Assembly: GCA_963808735.1 (NCBI GenBank)
Contig: CAWEHE010000016.1
Location: 131,028-195,027, forward strand
Direction: 5' to 3'
DNA length: 64,000 nucleotides
Source: an uncultured Thermoleophilia bacterium
GTDB lineage: Bacteria > Actinomycetota > Thermoleophilia > UBA2241
Part shown: positions 61,275-64,000 of the stretch, piece by piece
Numbering within the stretch: position 1 is the first letter of the stretch
How the letters are laid out: every line of letters starts with the position of its first letter
Program-made: the position numbers and the translations under genes
Notes under the pieces: generated by a model
The model's input: the letters and a program-made list of their open reading frames with translations, nothing else
Told to the model about the DNA's origin: nothing
Database searches by the model: none

Positions 61275-61443
61275 GGCCCCTCCAAACGTCCCCGTACGGC
61301 GGCTAGGCACCGCCGTTCCACGCACAAGCGTACACCCTGTGGGAAGAGGGGGCGGGCGCCGGTGGCCGACATGGCCACCGGCGCCCGCCCCGGGCTGCTC
61401 GCGCCGATCTCGTCCCCGGCGGGCGCTGGTCAGGCCGGCTTCG

Positions 61444-63253
61444 TCAGAGCGGCTTCACCTTGCGCGCCTGGCTGGTGGCGTCCCAGGTCGTGCCGCTGCC
61501 GGTGGAGCGCAGCCGGAACGTCGTGGTCTTGTTCAGCGTGTACTTGAACGTCACCGGCGTGGCCGTCGCCGCGGCGACCTTCACCGTCTTCGTGGCGACG
61601 GTCTTCCAGCCACCCGACGAGGTCTGGGTCTGCAGCTTGACGGCGCGGTCGCCGGCGGACCCGGTCGTGATCTTGCCGTTCAGCGTGAGCTTCTTGCCTG
61701 CCTGGACGCGCGTGGGGGCGGCGAGCGAGAGCTTCGCCGGGTCCTTCACGGTCACCTGCAGCGACGTCGTGCGCTTGCCGGAGCACGCGGCCGGGTCGGC
61801 GGGGTTGTTGACGAGGTCGCCGTCGGCGCAGGTCAGCTCGACCGCGTAGGTGCCCGCGGCCGCGTAGACGTAGGAGAGCTGCGCCGCCGCGGCCGGCATC
61901 GCGTGGTTGCCGTCACCGGTCCACCACTCGTACGTGTTGGCCGACGCGTTGCCCCATCCGGTCAGAGCCGAGGCGTCGAAGACGACGGGGGAGCCGGTCG
62001 TGGGGCGCTCGGTGGTCGTCACGAAGCCGGGGTCGTAGGTCGCGGCCGTGCGCCGGAGCTTTGCTTCCTCACCCTTGATGAGGTCGAGGTCCTGGTTGAC
62101 CTCCGACCAGCCGAACCAGTGGCTGTAGTCGGGGTTGATGTGGTAGGCGCCCTTGAACGTGCTCACGTGGTCGTACTTGTAGGTGTAGAAGAAGAGCTGC
62201 TCGATCGCCGAGGTGCCGCCGTAGAGCTGCTGGCCGCCGAGCACGAGGTTCTGCCCGAAGATGGGGTTCGCGGGGCGGTTCGACGGCATGGGATCGAGCA
62301 GCTTGTCCCACCAGAGGCCGCGGATGCGCATGACGGGATCCCAGAGCAGGGAGTCGACGTCGGCCTTGATGGCGTCGGCGCCCTCCAGGTTGTTGCGCGC
62401 GAACCCCCGCGCGTGGCAGTCCCCGCAGAGCGCGACCATCTTGTCGCGCCTCTGGTCGAACTCCCCGGGCGTGATAGTGCGCATCGGCACGGGGAGAGCG
62501 ACGCCCGGCAGGCGGGCGCCCTGGGCCACCGTCCCGATGGTGATGTTGGTCGAGACGTCGTGCGTGAGCGGTTGGCCCGCGCCGTTCTCCATGGTGGGCA
62601 TGTGGCAGGTCACGCACGACGGGGCACGGTTCGGGTCGCCGCCCGCGCGATCCCTCTCGGTGCCGTAGACGACGCCGTGCTTGCTCTTCTCCCACATGTC
62701 GATCTGCTCGTGGTCGGGGCCCATGTGGCAGGTACCGCACGCCGGCGGCTCCATGGCCTCCTCGGCGGAGAAGACGTGGCGCGTGTGGCAGCTGTCGCAC
62801 TTGCCGACAGAGCCGTCGGCGGCGATCTCGCCGATGTTGTGGCAGCGCTCGCACATCTCGTAGCGCTGGGCCTCGGGCATGACCTTGTAGCGCGCCGAGG
62901 CGGTCATGCGCGTCCAGCCCTGGGCGTGCTTGTTGATGTAGGCGCCGGAGGCGTCCTTGGCGGCGAACTCGTGATACTGGTCGGGGTGGCAGCCCGCCTG
63001 GGCGCAGGTGCTGGCGGGCACCTGACCCTGTGCGGCGCTCGATGGCCGCGTGATCGGCGCCGTGGCAGGTGACGCACGTGACCCCGGCGCCCGACATGGC
63101 GCCCTTGTCGTACTGAGAGACCAGGCCGGGCTGAAGCGCCGTGTGACACTGGAGGCACTGGGCCTGCGTGTACACGTCCGCCACGGCGGGCGACGCTCCG
63201 GCCAGGCCGAGCACAACGAGCGCCAAGGCGAGCAACAGGACGGATCTTCTCAT
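61444..63253 (-). pseudogene. Secreted octaheme c-type cytochrome (HAO/ONR-like multihaem family) with two C-terminal PKD/Ig-like domains; apparent +1 frameshift near 63037
   Basis: The signal peptide and first two CxxCH motifs (CLQCH, CVTCH) are in ORF 62069..63253. Six further haem motifs (CAQAGCH, CERCH, CDSCH, CGTCH, CVTCH, CGDCH) and the PKD-like WTGDGN region are in ORF 61444..63216. Confidence 0.7.
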
Positions 63254-63387
63254 CGGTGCACCCCCACCAGAAGACGACAGTTGACGTCAGTATCAACCAT
63301 CCGCGCCGCCGCGGGAATTGACTTTGGTCGGGGCGGGCGCGGCTACGGCGAGCGCCCGCCCGGGACGAGCGCGCGGCCGGCGCCCGC

Positions 63388-64000
63388 TCAGCCGGGGTGC
63401 GGCCGGCGCGCCTCGATGCGGAACACGTGGTGGCGGTTGGCGCCGCGCTCGCAGTCGAAGGCGAGGGTCGCGCGCGAGAGGTCCTTGACCTCGAGCCCGC
63501 CGAGCTCGGCGCGGTCGAGGCGGAAGTTCCGCAGGTTGGTCGCGAACAGGAGGATCCCGCCCGGCGCGAGCAGGCGGCGGGCGGTCAGGCGGATCAGGTC
63601 GGCGTGGTCGCGCTGCACGTCGAACGTGGCGCGACCCATGCGCTTGGAGTTGCTGAACGTCGGCGGGTCCAGCCAGACCAGGTCGTACTGACCGCCGGTC
63701 TGAGCCACCCAGCGCAGGCAGTCGGCCTGCACGAGGGTGTGCGCGGCGGCCGGGCCGGCGGCCTTGGCGCCGCAGGCGGACGCGTCCGTCGCGCCGCCGT
63801 CCGCCGCCGGCCACTGCTGCTTCGCGCTCTCGAAGCCGTTGGCCGCGAGGTTGCTCGCTGCCCAGTCGAGGTAGGTCGCCGAGAGGTCGACGGTCGTGGA
63901 CTCCGGCGAGCCTCCCGCGAGGGCGTTGACGGTCATGGCGCCGGTGTAGGAGAAGAGATTGAGGAACCGGCGTCCGCCGGCCATCTTGCGCACCAGCCGC
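63388..64000 (-). CDS. Class I SAM-dependent (rRNA m2G/m5C-type, RlmI/RlmK-like) methyltransferase, C-terminal part; gene continues beyond the window end
   Basis: The motifs are FSYTGAM and YDLVWLDPPTFSNSK. Confidence 0.6.
   Translation of the reverse strand, partial: RLVRKMAGGRRFLNLFSYTGAMTVNALAGGSPESTTVDLSATYLDWAASNLAANGFESAKQQWPAADGGATDASACGAKAAGPAAAHTLVQADCLRWVAQTGGQYDLVWLDPPTFSNSKRMGRATFDVQRDHADLIRLTARRLLAPGGILLFATNLRNFRLDRAELGGLEVKDLSRATLAFDCERGANRHHVFRIEARRPHPG

Overview
This is a high-GC (about 70%) chromosomal segment with no rRNA, tRNA, CRISPR or mobile-element signatures. The gene content suggests an actinobacterium-like or other monoderm organism. It is densely coding on both strands, and many adjacent genes share 1-4 nt stop/start overlaps (ATGA, TGATG, GTGA). 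Recognisable blocks, in order:

- **1-5.6 kb (minus strand):** glycerate kinase (partial), a 2-hydroxyacid dehydrogenase, homoserine dehydrogenase (frameshifted) and a class-V PLP cysteine-desulfurase-like enzyme.
- **5.7-9.8 kb:** a fused HAD-phosphatase/GH65 glycoside phosphorylase followed by a tandem-domain universal stress protein.
- **9.8-18.2 kb:** a complete kdpFABCDE locus. It is preceded by a duplicated leader element and two short upstream ORFs. kdpA carries two apparent frameshifts and kdpB one.
- **18.2-21.4 kb:** lgt, a PfkB-family kinase and a CapA/PgsA-like gene.
- **21.5-24.1 kb:** two tandem paralogous membrane-anchored proteins with an HExxH motif.
- **24.2-27.5 kb:** a LolA-fold protein plus an ABC-2 transporter.
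- **28.7-33 kb:** an unusual glyco-cluster. It holds a DUF2064-glycosyltransferase::radical-SAM/SPASM fusion, a DUF2029 membrane glycosyltransferase and a divergent GT2.
- **33.2-35.1 kb:** a ThiS/CysO-like carrier, then an Rrf2 regulator and cysK.
- **35.7-37.6 kb:** nadA and a yihY-family gene.
- **38.4-48 kb:** a large heterodisulfide-reductase-like (HdrABC/MvhD, Flox-like) cluster. It includes a giant HdrA with a GltD-like NAD(P)H-binding insertion.
- **48.7-52.3 kb:** hemE-hemH-hemY.
- **53.4-54.4 kb:** a radical-SAM protein translationally coupled to a CoA-binding protein.
- **54.5-61.3 kb:** a peptidoglycan amidase and three predicted peptidases (HtrA, S9, S55).
- **61.4-63.3 kb:** a secreted octaheme c-type cytochrome with PKD-like domains.

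At least 11 single-base frameshift-like disruptions hit otherwise well-conserved genes. This points either to uncorrected assembly indels or to widespread pseudogenisation.
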